In this document: one piece after another, positions 56,376 through 64,000 of the stretch
Numbering within the stretch: the stretch's first letter is position 1
How the letters are laid out: every line of letters starts with the position of its first letter
Assembly: GCA_040218735.1 (NCBI GenBank)
Contig: JAVJQW010000012.1
Span: 288,001-352,000, forward strand
Length of the DNA: 64,000 nucleotides
Origin: Deltaproteobacteria bacterium
GTDB lineage: Bacteria; Myxococcota; Kuafuiibacteriia; Kuafuiibacteriales; Kuafuiibacteriaceae
Direction: 5' to 3'
Made by a program: the position numbers and the translations under genes
Notes under the pieces: model-generated
The model's database searches: none
Seen by the model: only the letters and a program-made list of their open reading frames with translations
What the model was told of the DNA's origin: nothing

Positions 56376-57559
56376 CACGCACCTCCCATCGCGCGGCGCT
56401 CCGCGATCCGCAGGAACATCTGCACGCCCGTCGCGATCAGATCGTCGTCGAAGTCGAAGTCGGGGTGGTGGCACACGGGCGTCTTCTCCTCGCCCCGCTT
56501 GGCGCCCAGGAAGAAGTACGCGCCGCGCGTGGCCTCGCAGAAGTAGGCGAAGTCTTCGCCCCCCGCCATCGGCAGGTCGTCGCTCTTCACGTGCTCCGAA
56601 CCCACGACCTCGGCGGCCACTTCCCTTACGACTTCGGCGCACGTCGAATCGTTCATCAGGACCGGGTAGCCCGTGATGATGTTCGTCTCGATCGAGACGC
56701 CGTGGGTCGCGGCCACGCCGTTCACCACCGCGTGGAGCCGCTCGAGCACGCGCTCCGTGACGTTCGGATCGAAGGTGCGGATCGTGCCCTTCAAGTGCGC
56801 GACGTCCGGGATGATGTTGTCCGCCTTGCCGGCGTGCATCGCGCCGACGGAGACGACCGCCTGGTCGTCGTACGCGATCGATCGCGACACGATGGTCTGC
56901 AGCGCGACGATCAGGTGCGCGCTCGCGACGATCGGATCGACGCACAGCTGCGGCTGGCTCCCGTGTCCGCCGACGCCGCGCACCGTGAGCTCGAACGTGT
57001 GGACCTGCGCCATCAGCGCGCCGGCCTTCACGCGGACCTCCCCCTTCGGATAACCGGGCCAGTTGTGCAGCCCGTAGACCTCCGCGACGCGCTCCACCGC
57101 GCCCTCCTCGACCATCACGCGCGCACCGCCGCCGCGCACGCCCTCCTCCGCGGGTTGGAAGATCAAGCGGACGGGTCGAGTCAGCGCGTCGGCGTGTTTC
57201 GCGAGTACCGCCGCAACGCCCATGAGGATTGTCGTATGCCCGTCGTGGCCGCACTTGTGTGCACGCCCGTCGTGCACCGAGCGGTAAGGCAGGTCGGTGT
57301 GTTCCTGCATGGGCAGACAGTCGAGATCCGCACGGAACGCGATCGCTTCCCCCGGACGATCCGCACCGAGATCCGCGACGAGGCCCGTCTCGGCCGAAAC
57401 CCGCGGCGCGTAGCCGTGCTGCTCGAGCCAAGCGCGCACCTTCGCCTGCGTGCGGTGCTCCTCGAAGCCGAGCTCCGGGTGTCGGTGGATGTCGTGGCGG
57501 ATCGCCACGAGCTCGGGGAGGAGCGCTTCGATCTGAGACGACCAGTCGGGCTTCGGCAT
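56375..57559 (-). CDS. M20D family amidohydrolase
   Basis: HPELGFEE, RADLDCLP, CGHDGH, FQPAEEG, GGHGS, GEDF, HHPDF. Confidence 0.93.
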   Translation of the reverse strand: MPKPDWSSQIEALLPELVAIRHDIHRHPELGFEEHRTQAKVRAWLEQHGYAPRVSAETGLVADLGADRPGEAIAFRADLDCLPMQEHTDLPYRSVHDGRAHKCGHDGHTTILMGVAAVLAKHADALTRPVRLIFQPAEEGVRGGGARVMVEEGAVERVAEVYGLHNWPGYPKGEVRVKAGALMAQVHTFELTVRGVGGHGSQPQLCVDPIVASAHLIVALQTIVSRSIAYDDQAVVSVGAMHAGKADNIIPDVAHLKGTIRTFDPNVTERVLERLHAVVNGVAATHGVSIETNIITGYPVLMNDSTCAEVVREVAAEVVGSEHVKSDDLPMAGGEDFAYFCEATRGAYFFLGAKRGEEKTPVCHHPDFDFDDDLIATGVQMFLRIAERRAMGGA

Positions 57560-57577
57560 CGCCCGTAGGTAGTACGT

Positions 57578-58651
57578 TTGGGCGCCGATGGGGAACCGCC
57601 TGTGGTAGAACCAGACGAGGGGGATTCGTTGGGGGGCACGACCGATGTCGACCCGTCGGACGACGCGTCCGACGATCTGACCGTAACGCAGGTGACCGAG
57701 CTCCCGTCGGCCGCGCCGCCGCAGGACCCGAGCCTCGTCACGCCGACGGGGGACTTCGCGCTCCCACCGTCGCCGCAGCCGAGCCGCGACGACATCTCGC
57801 TGCTCGTCCTCTCCGGACCGTGCGCCGGCCTCTACAAGAAGGTCCCCGACGCCGGCGGCGTCATCGGCCGCGACCCGGACGTCGAGATCCCGCTGGTCGA
57901 CCCCGGCATCTCGCGCGAGCACGCGCTCCTCGAGCGCAACGCGGACGGCGGCTTCTCGCTCGTGGACCTCGACAGCCGCTACGGCGTCTACGTCGAAGGC
58001 GAACAGGTGAAGTCACGCGTGCTCGCCGACGGCGACCGTGTCCAGCTCTCGGGCGAGACCGTCCTGCGCGTGCGTTATCAGGACGAACGCGAGAGCGAGC
58101 TGCTCGCGCGGATGCAAGAGACGTTGACGCGCGACGCGCTCACCTCGGTGCACAACCGACGCTACTTCCTCGAGCGTCTCGAGCAGGAGTACGCGTACGC
58201 GCGGCGACACCGGGCGCTGCTGTCGTTGATGCTGGTGGACGTCGACTACTTCAAACGCATCAACGACGAGTACGGGCACCTGCACGGCGACCAAGTCCTC
58301 GCGCACATCGGTCACACGCTCCGCAAAGCGGTCCGCACCGAGGACCTCGTCGGTCGTTACGGCGGCGACGAATTCGTCATCGCGACGCGCCTCGACGAGA
58401 AGGCGGCGGTCGCGTTCGCGCAGCGCCTCTCGCGCATCATCCGCGACCGCCCCGCGATGGTCGGGGGTGACACGCTGCACCTGTCGGTCTCGATCGGCGT
58501 ATGCACGCTGACGCATCCGCAGCCGAAGGACCCGCCGGCGCCGACGATGATGGAGCTGGTGAGCCGCGCGGACTCCGCGCTGTACGACGCCAAGCGCCAG
58601 GGCCGCGATCGCGTCGCGGTGTGGGCTCGACAAAACACGAACGGCGCGTAA
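57578..58651 (+). CDS. FHA-GGDEF diguanylate cyclase
   Basis: FHA (IGR...ISREHA...DLDSRYG); DVDYFKRIND; RTED I-site; GGDEF; AD.ALY.AK..GR. Start uncertain. Confidence 0.93.
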   Translation: MGADGEPPVVEPDEGDSLGGTTDVDPSDDASDDLTVTQVTELPSAAPPQDPSLVTPTGDFALPPSPQPSRDDISLLVLSGPCAGLYKKVPDAGGVIGRDPDVEIPLVDPGISREHALLERNADGGFSLVDLDSRYGVYVEGEQVKSRVLADGDRVQLSGETVLRVRYQDERESELLARMQETLTRDALTSVHNRRYFLERLEQEYAYARRHRALLSLMLVDVDYFKRINDEYGHLHGDQVLAHIGHTLRKAVRTEDLVGRYGGDEFVIATRLDEKAAVAFAQRLSRIIRDRPAMVGGDTLHLSVSIGVCTLTHPQPKDPPAPTMMELVSRADSALYDAKRQGRDRVAVWARQNTNGA

Positions 58652-58662
58652 TACGCCCCTCC

Positions 58663-60213
58663 GTGGATCTCACCCGGCGAACGATCGTCGAGCTCTTGCG
58701 CCTCCAGAAGGAAGGCGAAGCCTCCTCCGAAGCGATCGTCCGCGCGCACCTGGATCGAATCGAGGCCGTCAACCCGAGCGTCAACGCGCTCGTGCACGTG
58801 TTCGCGGACAAGGCGCTCGCCGCCGCGAAGATCGCCGACGACATGCGCGCGAAGGGCAAGTCGCTCGGCCCGCTCCACGGCGTGCCGGTGACGATCAAGG
58901 AGTCGATCATGACCCGCGGCGTCGACGTGACGCTCGGCGTGAAGTCGCGGCGCGGCGATCCGGCGGAAGACGACGCGACGGTGGTGAAGCTCCTCGCGCG
59001 CGCGGGCGCGATCGTGCTCGGCAAGGGGAACGTGTCGCAGCTGCTCTTGTTCCAGGAGGCCGACAACCCGATCTGGGGCCGCACCAACAACCCGTGGAAG
59101 GCGGACCGCGTGCCGGGCGGGAGCAGCGGCGGTGACGCGGCGGCGATCGCGGCGGGGCTGACGCCGTTCGCGGTGGGCACGGACATCGGCGGATCGATCC
59201 GGGTGCCGGCGGCGTTCAACGGCATCTTCGGGATCAAGCCGACGGTGGATCGCTGGTCGATGTCGGGGTGCGTGGGATCGATGGCGGGTCAGGAGGTGGT
59301 GCGCGCGCAGTGCGGTCCGATGGCCCGCAGCACGGCGGACCTGTCGCTCGTGATGCGCGCGATCGACAGCTACCTGCACACGCCCTACGACGCGCGCGTC
59401 CCGCCGATCTCCACCGCGGATCCGCGGCGCGTCGACCTGACGAACCTGCGTGTCGGCGTATACGAGGACGACGGCTTCTTCACGCCCGCTTCATCGGTGC
59501 AGCGCGCCGTGCGGCAAGCGGCGGTCGCGCTCAAGGCGCGCGGCGTCGAGGTCGTGCCCTTCACGCCGCCCGCGCCGGTCGAGGTCGTCTACACGTACTT
59601 CGCGGCGCTCGCGAGCGACGGCGGACGCACCGTCGACAAGTTCCTGCGCGGCGACGCCGTCGTGCCGCAGCTGAAGAAGCTACGCACCATGGCGAAGCTC
59701 CCCGGCTTCCTACGCGACACCGTGGCGGCCTTCCTCGCCTCGTCCGGCGAGCTGCGCCTCGAGCGCCTCTTACGCGTCGGCCGCGAAAAGCGCGTGTCGG
59801 AGGTCTGGGAGATCGTCGCGGAGCGCAACCGCTTGCGCGAGGAGGTGCTGCTCGGCTGGAGCGCCGCCGGCATCGACGCCGTGCTGTGCCCGGTGCACCC
59901 CACCCCGCCCATGCTCCACGGCCAAACCGAAGAGTTCAGCCTCGGGGGCGCCTACGCGATGCGCTACAACTTCCTCGACTTCCCGGCCGGCGTCGTGCCC
60001 GTGACCCGGGTCCGCAAGGACGAGGGCCCCCGCACCGACATCAACGACCGCCTCGACCGCGTCGCCGCCCGCGCCGAGACCGACGCGACGGGCCTCCCGC
60101 TCGCGGTGCAGGTCGTCACGCGCCCGTTCCAGGAGACGCTGTTGATGGCGGTGATGGGATCGCTGGAGGCGGCGCTGCGGGGGAACGAGGACTACCCGCT
60201 CACGCCGGTGTAA
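58663..60213 (+). CDS. Amidase signature family enzyme (FAAH-like)
   Basis: PLHGVPVTIKE, PGGSSGG, GTDIGGSIRVPA. Confidence 0.92.
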   Translation: MDLTRRTIVELLRLQKEGEASSEAIVRAHLDRIEAVNPSVNALVHVFADKALAAAKIADDMRAKGKSLGPLHGVPVTIKESIMTRGVDVTLGVKSRRGDPAEDDATVVKLLARAGAIVLGKGNVSQLLLFQEADNPIWGRTNNPWKADRVPGGSSGGDAAAIAAGLTPFAVGTDIGGSIRVPAAFNGIFGIKPTVDRWSMSGCVGSMAGQEVVRAQCGPMARSTADLSLVMRAIDSYLHTPYDARVPPISTADPRRVDLTNLRVGVYEDDGFFTPASSVQRAVRQAAVALKARGVEVVPFTPPAPVEVVYTYFAALASDGGRTVDKFLRGDAVVPQLKKLRTMAKLPGFLRDTVAAFLASSGELRLERLLRVGREKRVSEVWEIVAERNRLREEVLLGWSAAGIDAVLCPVHPTPPMLHGQTEEFSLGGAYAMRYNFLDFPAGVVPVTRVRKDEGPRTDINDRLDRVAARAETDATGLPLAVQVVTRPFQETLLMAVMGSLEAALRGNEDYPLTPV

Positions 60214-60221
60214 GCCAGGCG

Positions 60222-60296
60222 CCCGGTCCGGGTCCCGGTACCGGTCCGGGTCCCGAATCCGAGTCGCCACCCGAATCCGATTCCGATCAGGGAATC
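60222..60296. repeat. Intergenic degenerate hexamer tandem repeat
   Basis: CCGGTCCGGGTCCCG at 60223 and 60241; CCCGAATCCGA at 60252 and 60270 (18-bp period built from 6-bp units). Confidence 0.6.
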
Positions 60297-60336
60297 AGAG
60301 CGATCGAAACCGGGCCCGGGGAAGGCGAATTGAGAT

Positions 60337-61302
60337 GTGGAGAAGGCTCCCGACCCGTTTTCGTTGGCCCAACCGCCCCCGGATGTTATCCCCCGCCCCG
60401 CTTTGGCAGCGACCGCGCGCCCCTGGGCCCCGCTCCTCGAGTCCCTCGTCCGCTGCCCGTCGTGCGGCGCGAGCCTCCGCATCGACCCCGCGCCCGCGTG
60501 CGGGACATGCGGCTGGACCGGGCACGTCGTCGACGGCATCCCCGACTTCGTCGAGGCCGGGACGCTCGGCGCCTCGCACCACGCGGAGGTCGAGGCCCAG
60601 ACCGCCGCGGTCGACGCCTACTACGAAAACGAGCTGCGCCTGACCTGCCACTGGGACCGCCTCTCCTCCGACGACATCGCGGAGCGCCTCGACTGGCCCA
60701 CCGGCGTCGCGCTCGACCTCGGCTGCGGCACCGGCACCGCCGGCGCCGGGCTCGTGCGGCACGGGATGCGCGTCGTCGGCGCCGACCTCTCCCCGCCCTG
60801 CCTCGCCGTCGCAGCCCGTCGCCTCGACGCCGTGGTCCGCGTCGACGCCGCGAAGCTCCCGTTCGCCGACGCCTCGTTCGACGCCCTCGTTGCGCGCGGC
60901 GCGCTCCACCACATGAAGGATCCCCACGCGGTGATGCAGGAGGTCCGACGCGTCCTCAAACCCGGCGCCCCCGCGCTGTTCCTCGACCCGCGCGAGTACG
61001 CGTGGCTCGAGCCGATCAAGGACCGCCTCCGCGCGTCGGACGACTCCTTCACGCACGACCACCACGCCTACGACCCCGCCGCCTACGAGGCGTTGATCGG
61101 CAGCGCGCTCCGCGTCGACAAGGCCTGGAGCGAGCACCCCCTCGCGATCCTCGCGGCGCACGGCCTCGACCTGATTCCCATGCCCGGCTTCATCCGCCGG
61201 CGCCCCCTCACGCGCGCGCTCCTGGGCATCGATCGCGCGCTGAACCAGACGCCGCTCGGGGCGCTCGGCCACTTGCTGGTCGTCCGGGCCACCCGCGTGT
61301 AA
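60337..61302 (+). CDS. Class I SAM-dependent methyltransferase with N-terminal Trm112-like zinc ribbon
   Basis: CPSCG...CGTCG...DGIPDF; LDLGCGTG; LPFADASFD; RVLKPG. Start uncertain. Confidence 0.88.
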   Translation: MEKAPDPFSLAQPPPDVIPRPALAATARPWAPLLESLVRCPSCGASLRIDPAPACGTCGWTGHVVDGIPDFVEAGTLGASHHAEVEAQTAAVDAYYENELRLTCHWDRLSSDDIAERLDWPTGVALDLGCGTGTAGAGLVRHGMRVVGADLSPPCLAVAARRLDAVVRVDAAKLPFADASFDALVARGALHHMKDPHAVMQEVRRVLKPGAPALFLDPREYAWLEPIKDRLRASDDSFTHDHHAYDPAAYEALIGSALRVDKAWSEHPLAILAAHGLDLIPMPGFIRRRPLTRALLGIDRALNQTPLGALGHLLVVRATRV

Positions 61303-61315
61303 TCGTCCGAAACGG

Positions 61316-62287
61316 ATGGAGCTCGAGGAGGCACTCGCGAAGAGCGGCTTGCCCGTCGGGGCGATCGTCCTCGTCTTCGGTTTACTCGTCGGCTCGTTCC
61401 TCAACGTCGTCATCGCGCGGCTGCCGTACGGCGAGAGCGTCGTCCACCCGCGGTCGCGCTGCCCGAAGTGCGAGACGCTGATCGCCGCGTGGTGGAACAT
61501 CCCCGTGATCAGCTGGATCGTCCTCCGCGGTAAATGCGCGACGTGCAAGGCGCCGATCGACGCGCGCTACCCCGCGGTCGAGCTGTTGACCGGCGTGCTC
61601 TTCCTCGCGTGTTACCAACGCTACGGGCTCTCGCTCGCGCTCCTCACGAGCCTTCTCCTCACCGGGAACCTCGTCGCGATCACGTTCATCGACATCGACC
61701 TCTTCGAGATCCCGGACGAGATCGTCCTCCCCGGCATCTTCTTCGGCATGATCCTGAGGCCCCTCGCCTTCGACGTCCCGTACTACAGCGGCCTCCTCGG
61801 CGCCGTCGTCGGCGGCGCCTCGCTCCTGTCGATCCGCTTCTTCTACTACCTGATCCGTGGTCGCGAAGGCCTGGGCCTCGGCGACCCCAAGCTCTTCGCG
61901 ATGATCGGCGCATTCTCGGGCGTCACCGCGCTGATCCCCGTCCTGCTGATCGCGTCGATCTCCGGCTCGGTCGTCGGCATCGTCGTCCACCTGTTCGACC
62001 GAGGCCCCGAGAACGAAGAGGAGGCGAAGCGCGAAGAAGAAGCGCTCCCGCCCGAAGAGATCCCCCCCGACGGCTTCTTCGCGCGCTTCGGCTGGTCCCT
62101 CCGCATGACCTTCTTCCCGCCTCCCCTCCCCTTCGAAGGCTTCGAGGACGAAGACAGTGAGGAACCCGGCTGGGACCCGCCCCGAGGCGCCATCCCCTTC
62201 GGGCCGTTCCTCGCCCTCGGCGCCTTCGCCAACCTTTTGTTCGGACCGACGTTCCAGCGCATCCTGTTCGGCGTAGGTCTGATCTGA
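61316..62287 (+). CDS. pilD: Prepilin peptidase/N-methyltransferase
   Basis: GSFLNVVIARLP, SRCPKC, NIP..SW..LRGKC..C, IDID, GLGDPKL, IPFGPFL. Confidence 0.95.
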   Translation: MELEEALAKSGLPVGAIVLVFGLLVGSFLNVVIARLPYGESVVHPRSRCPKCETLIAAWWNIPVISWIVLRGKCATCKAPIDARYPAVELLTGVLFLACYQRYGLSLALLTSLLLTGNLVAITFIDIDLFEIPDEIVLPGIFFGMILRPLAFDVPYYSGLLGAVVGGASLLSIRFFYYLIRGREGLGLGDPKLFAMIGAFSGVTALIPVLLIASISGSVVGIVVHLFDRGPENEEEAKREEEALPPEEIPPDGFFARFGWSLRMTFFPPPLPFEGFEDEDSEEPGWDPPRGAIPFGPFLALGAFANLLFGPTFQRILFGVGLI

Positions 62288-62289
62288 CG

Positions 62290-63675
62290 TTGAAGCGCAA
62301 AGTCAGCATCCGCCAGCCGCTCGTGCTGTACGCGATGGTCTTCGTGTTCCTTGCGGCCCTGACCGCGACCACGATCGCGAGCCTCGCCCTCGTCCGCGGC
62401 GCGCGCCGCGCCTACCAACGCGCAGCGACGGAGCAGCTCCGCACGAGTGTCTCGCAGAGCAGCGTCATGGCCGTGCAGCACCTCGTGGCCACGCGCGACC
62501 TCGGCTCCGAGATGGAGCTCGGCCTCGTCACCACCTCGACCCCCGCGCTCGGCATCGACATCAGCGACGCGCGCGCCGCGACGACCGGCGGCCGACCGAT
62601 CGAAGGTTACGCGATCGTCCGCATCTCGACGCCCGGCGAAGAGGCCTACGCCATCGCGCGCCTCGACAGCTCGATCGCGACCTCGATCGCGTTCGTCGAA
62701 GTGAGCCGGATGATCCCGCTCATCCTCATGACCGCGCTCGCGATCGCCGCCATCCTCGCGTTCATGGTGAGCCGCCTGCTGCTCCCGTCGCTCGACGCGC
62801 TCGGGCAGGTCGCCGCCGCGACGAACGAAGAAGAGACCGAAGACCTCACGCGGAGTGAGACGCCGAACGAGATCATGGAGGTCGCGCAGAAGTTCCGCTC
62901 GACCGTGCGCAAGCTGAACGAGGAGCGCAAACGCATCGAGGAGCAGAAGGACGATCTCGCCCGCATGCAGGAGAGCCTCGTCCGCGCGTCGAAGCTCGCG
63001 AGCGTCGGGCGCCTCGCGGCCGGCGTCGCGCACGAGATCGGCAACCCGCTCGCCGCCGTGCGCGGCTACCTCTCGCTGCTCAAGGGCGGCCTCGAGCCGG
63101 AGATAGAGCAGGACGTCCTCGAACGCAGCGTCCGCGAGCTCGACCGCATCAACGGCACGATCCGCAAGCTCCTCACCTACGCACGCCAGGGTGAGCAGAG
63201 CGACGAGCCCGTCGCGCCGTTCGCGACCGACACGGTGATCGACGACGCCCTCGCGCTCGTCGCCGGCCACCCCGCGCTCCGCAACGTGTTGTTCGATCGC
63301 CCGGACACCGACGAACGACTCGACGCCAAAGGCCACGCGGGCCGCCTGCACCAGGTGCTCGTGAATCTGCTCCTCAACGCCGGGCAGGCGCTCGGCGAAG
63401 ATCCGGACGCCTACGTCCGCGTCACGCGCGAGCGCACCGACGACTACGTGCAGATCGCCGTCGTCGACAACGGGCCCGGTGTCGACGCGGAGCTCGGCGA
63501 CGCGATCTTCGATCCGTTCACGACGACGAAGGACCCCGGCGAAGGTACAGGCCTCGGCCTCGCCGTGTCGCGCGCCCTGATGGAAGCGATGGACGGCGAC
63601 CTCGTGCTCGACGCCGAGCACACCGGCGGCGCGCGTTTCGTGGTTCGGGTGCCGCGGTTGCGCGACGTCGAATGA
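62290..63675 (+). CDS. Membrane sensor histidine kinase (NtrB-type)
   Basis: Two TM segments; LAAGVAHEIGNPL; QVLVNLLLNA; DNGPG; FDPFTTTK; GTGLGL. Confidence 0.93.
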   Translation: MKRKVSIRQPLVLYAMVFVFLAALTATTIASLALVRGARRAYQRAATEQLRTSVSQSSVMAVQHLVATRDLGSEMELGLVTTSTPALGIDISDARAATTGGRPIEGYAIVRISTPGEEAYAIARLDSSIATSIAFVEVSRMIPLILMTALAIAAILAFMVSRLLLPSLDALGQVAAATNEEETEDLTRSETPNEIMEVAQKFRSTVRKLNEERKRIEEQKDDLARMQESLVRASKLASVGRLAAGVAHEIGNPLAAVRGYLSLLKGGLEPEIEQDVLERSVRELDRINGTIRKLLTYARQGEQSDEPVAPFATDTVIDDALALVAGHPALRNVLFDRPDTDERLDAKGHAGRLHQVLVNLLLNAGQALGEDPDAYVRVTRERTDDYVQIAVVDNGPGVDAELGDAIFDPFTTTKDPGEGTGLGLAVSRALMEAMDGDLVLDAEHTGGARFVVRVPRLRDVE

Positions 63676-63694
63676 CTGCTACAGTGCGCGGACC

Positions 63695-64000
63695 TTGTCC
63701 GCGACACGCGTCCTCGTGGTCGACGACGAAGAGAGTCTGAGGCACATGCTGAGCCTCGTCCTCTCGAAGGACGGCTACCATGTCTTCACCGCCGGCTCGG
63801 CGAACGAAGCGCTGGACATCCTCAAGTCGTCTCAGCCCTTCGACATCTGCTTGTCGGACGTGCGGATGCCCGGGATGGACGGCCTCACGTTCATCGAGAC
63901 CGGCGTGACGCTCGGCGATCGCGCGCCGACCTTCCTCGCGATGAGCGCGTACGGCGACGAGAAGCTCGCGGTGGAGGCGCTGCGGCGTGGTGCGTTCGAC
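63695..64000 (+). CDS. Response regulator receiver domain (partial; probably NtrC family)
   Basis: LSATRVLVVDDEESLRHML...SDVRMPGMDG...MSAYG...AVEALRRGAFD; runs off the window. Confidence 0.88.
   Translation, partial: MSATRVLVVDDEESLRHMLSLVLSKDGYHVFTAGSANEALDILKSSQPFDICLSDVRMPGMDGLTFIETGVTLGDRAPTFLAMSAYGDEKLAVEALRRGAFD

Noticed and set aside
1-64000. tRNA, rRNA, prophage, IS elements or known defence systems
   Set aside because: No recognisable motifs by eye and intergenic regions are short; a covariance-model search could not be run.

Overview
High-GC, gene-dense bacterial window of about 53 CDS. The gene content points to Myxococcota by inference: five Ser/Thr kinase-family genes, an FHA-sigma54 activator, an FHA-GGDEF protein, a TIGR02266-type PilZ protein, a MYXO-CTERM-like protease, DAG/DGG-linker lipoproteins and pilD followed by a two-component pair. 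Housekeeping genes (pgm, fabI, lepB, ctaA, comEA, pilD, an ABC1/UbiB kinase, a double-length uvrA) are interspersed with signalling and exported-protein genes. I saw no rRNA, tRNA, CRISPR array, integrase or transposase. Points most worth follow-up: (1) a minus-strand operon with a possibly degenerate class III cyclase-fold protein, a HEAT protein, a GYP-less HD-GYP protein and a kinase; (2) several sigma54-like promoters placed 14-16 nt before start codons, some with clear upstream palindromes, including three phased palindromes before comEA; (3) TANNNT boxes 6-10 nt before many start codons, suggesting leaderless mRNAs; (4) a small helical protein coupled to a signal-peptide-less lipase with an unknown N-terminal half; (5) a kinase/FHA-activator module beside its probable sigma54 targets. 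All family assignments come from motif recognition by eye; no database search was run.
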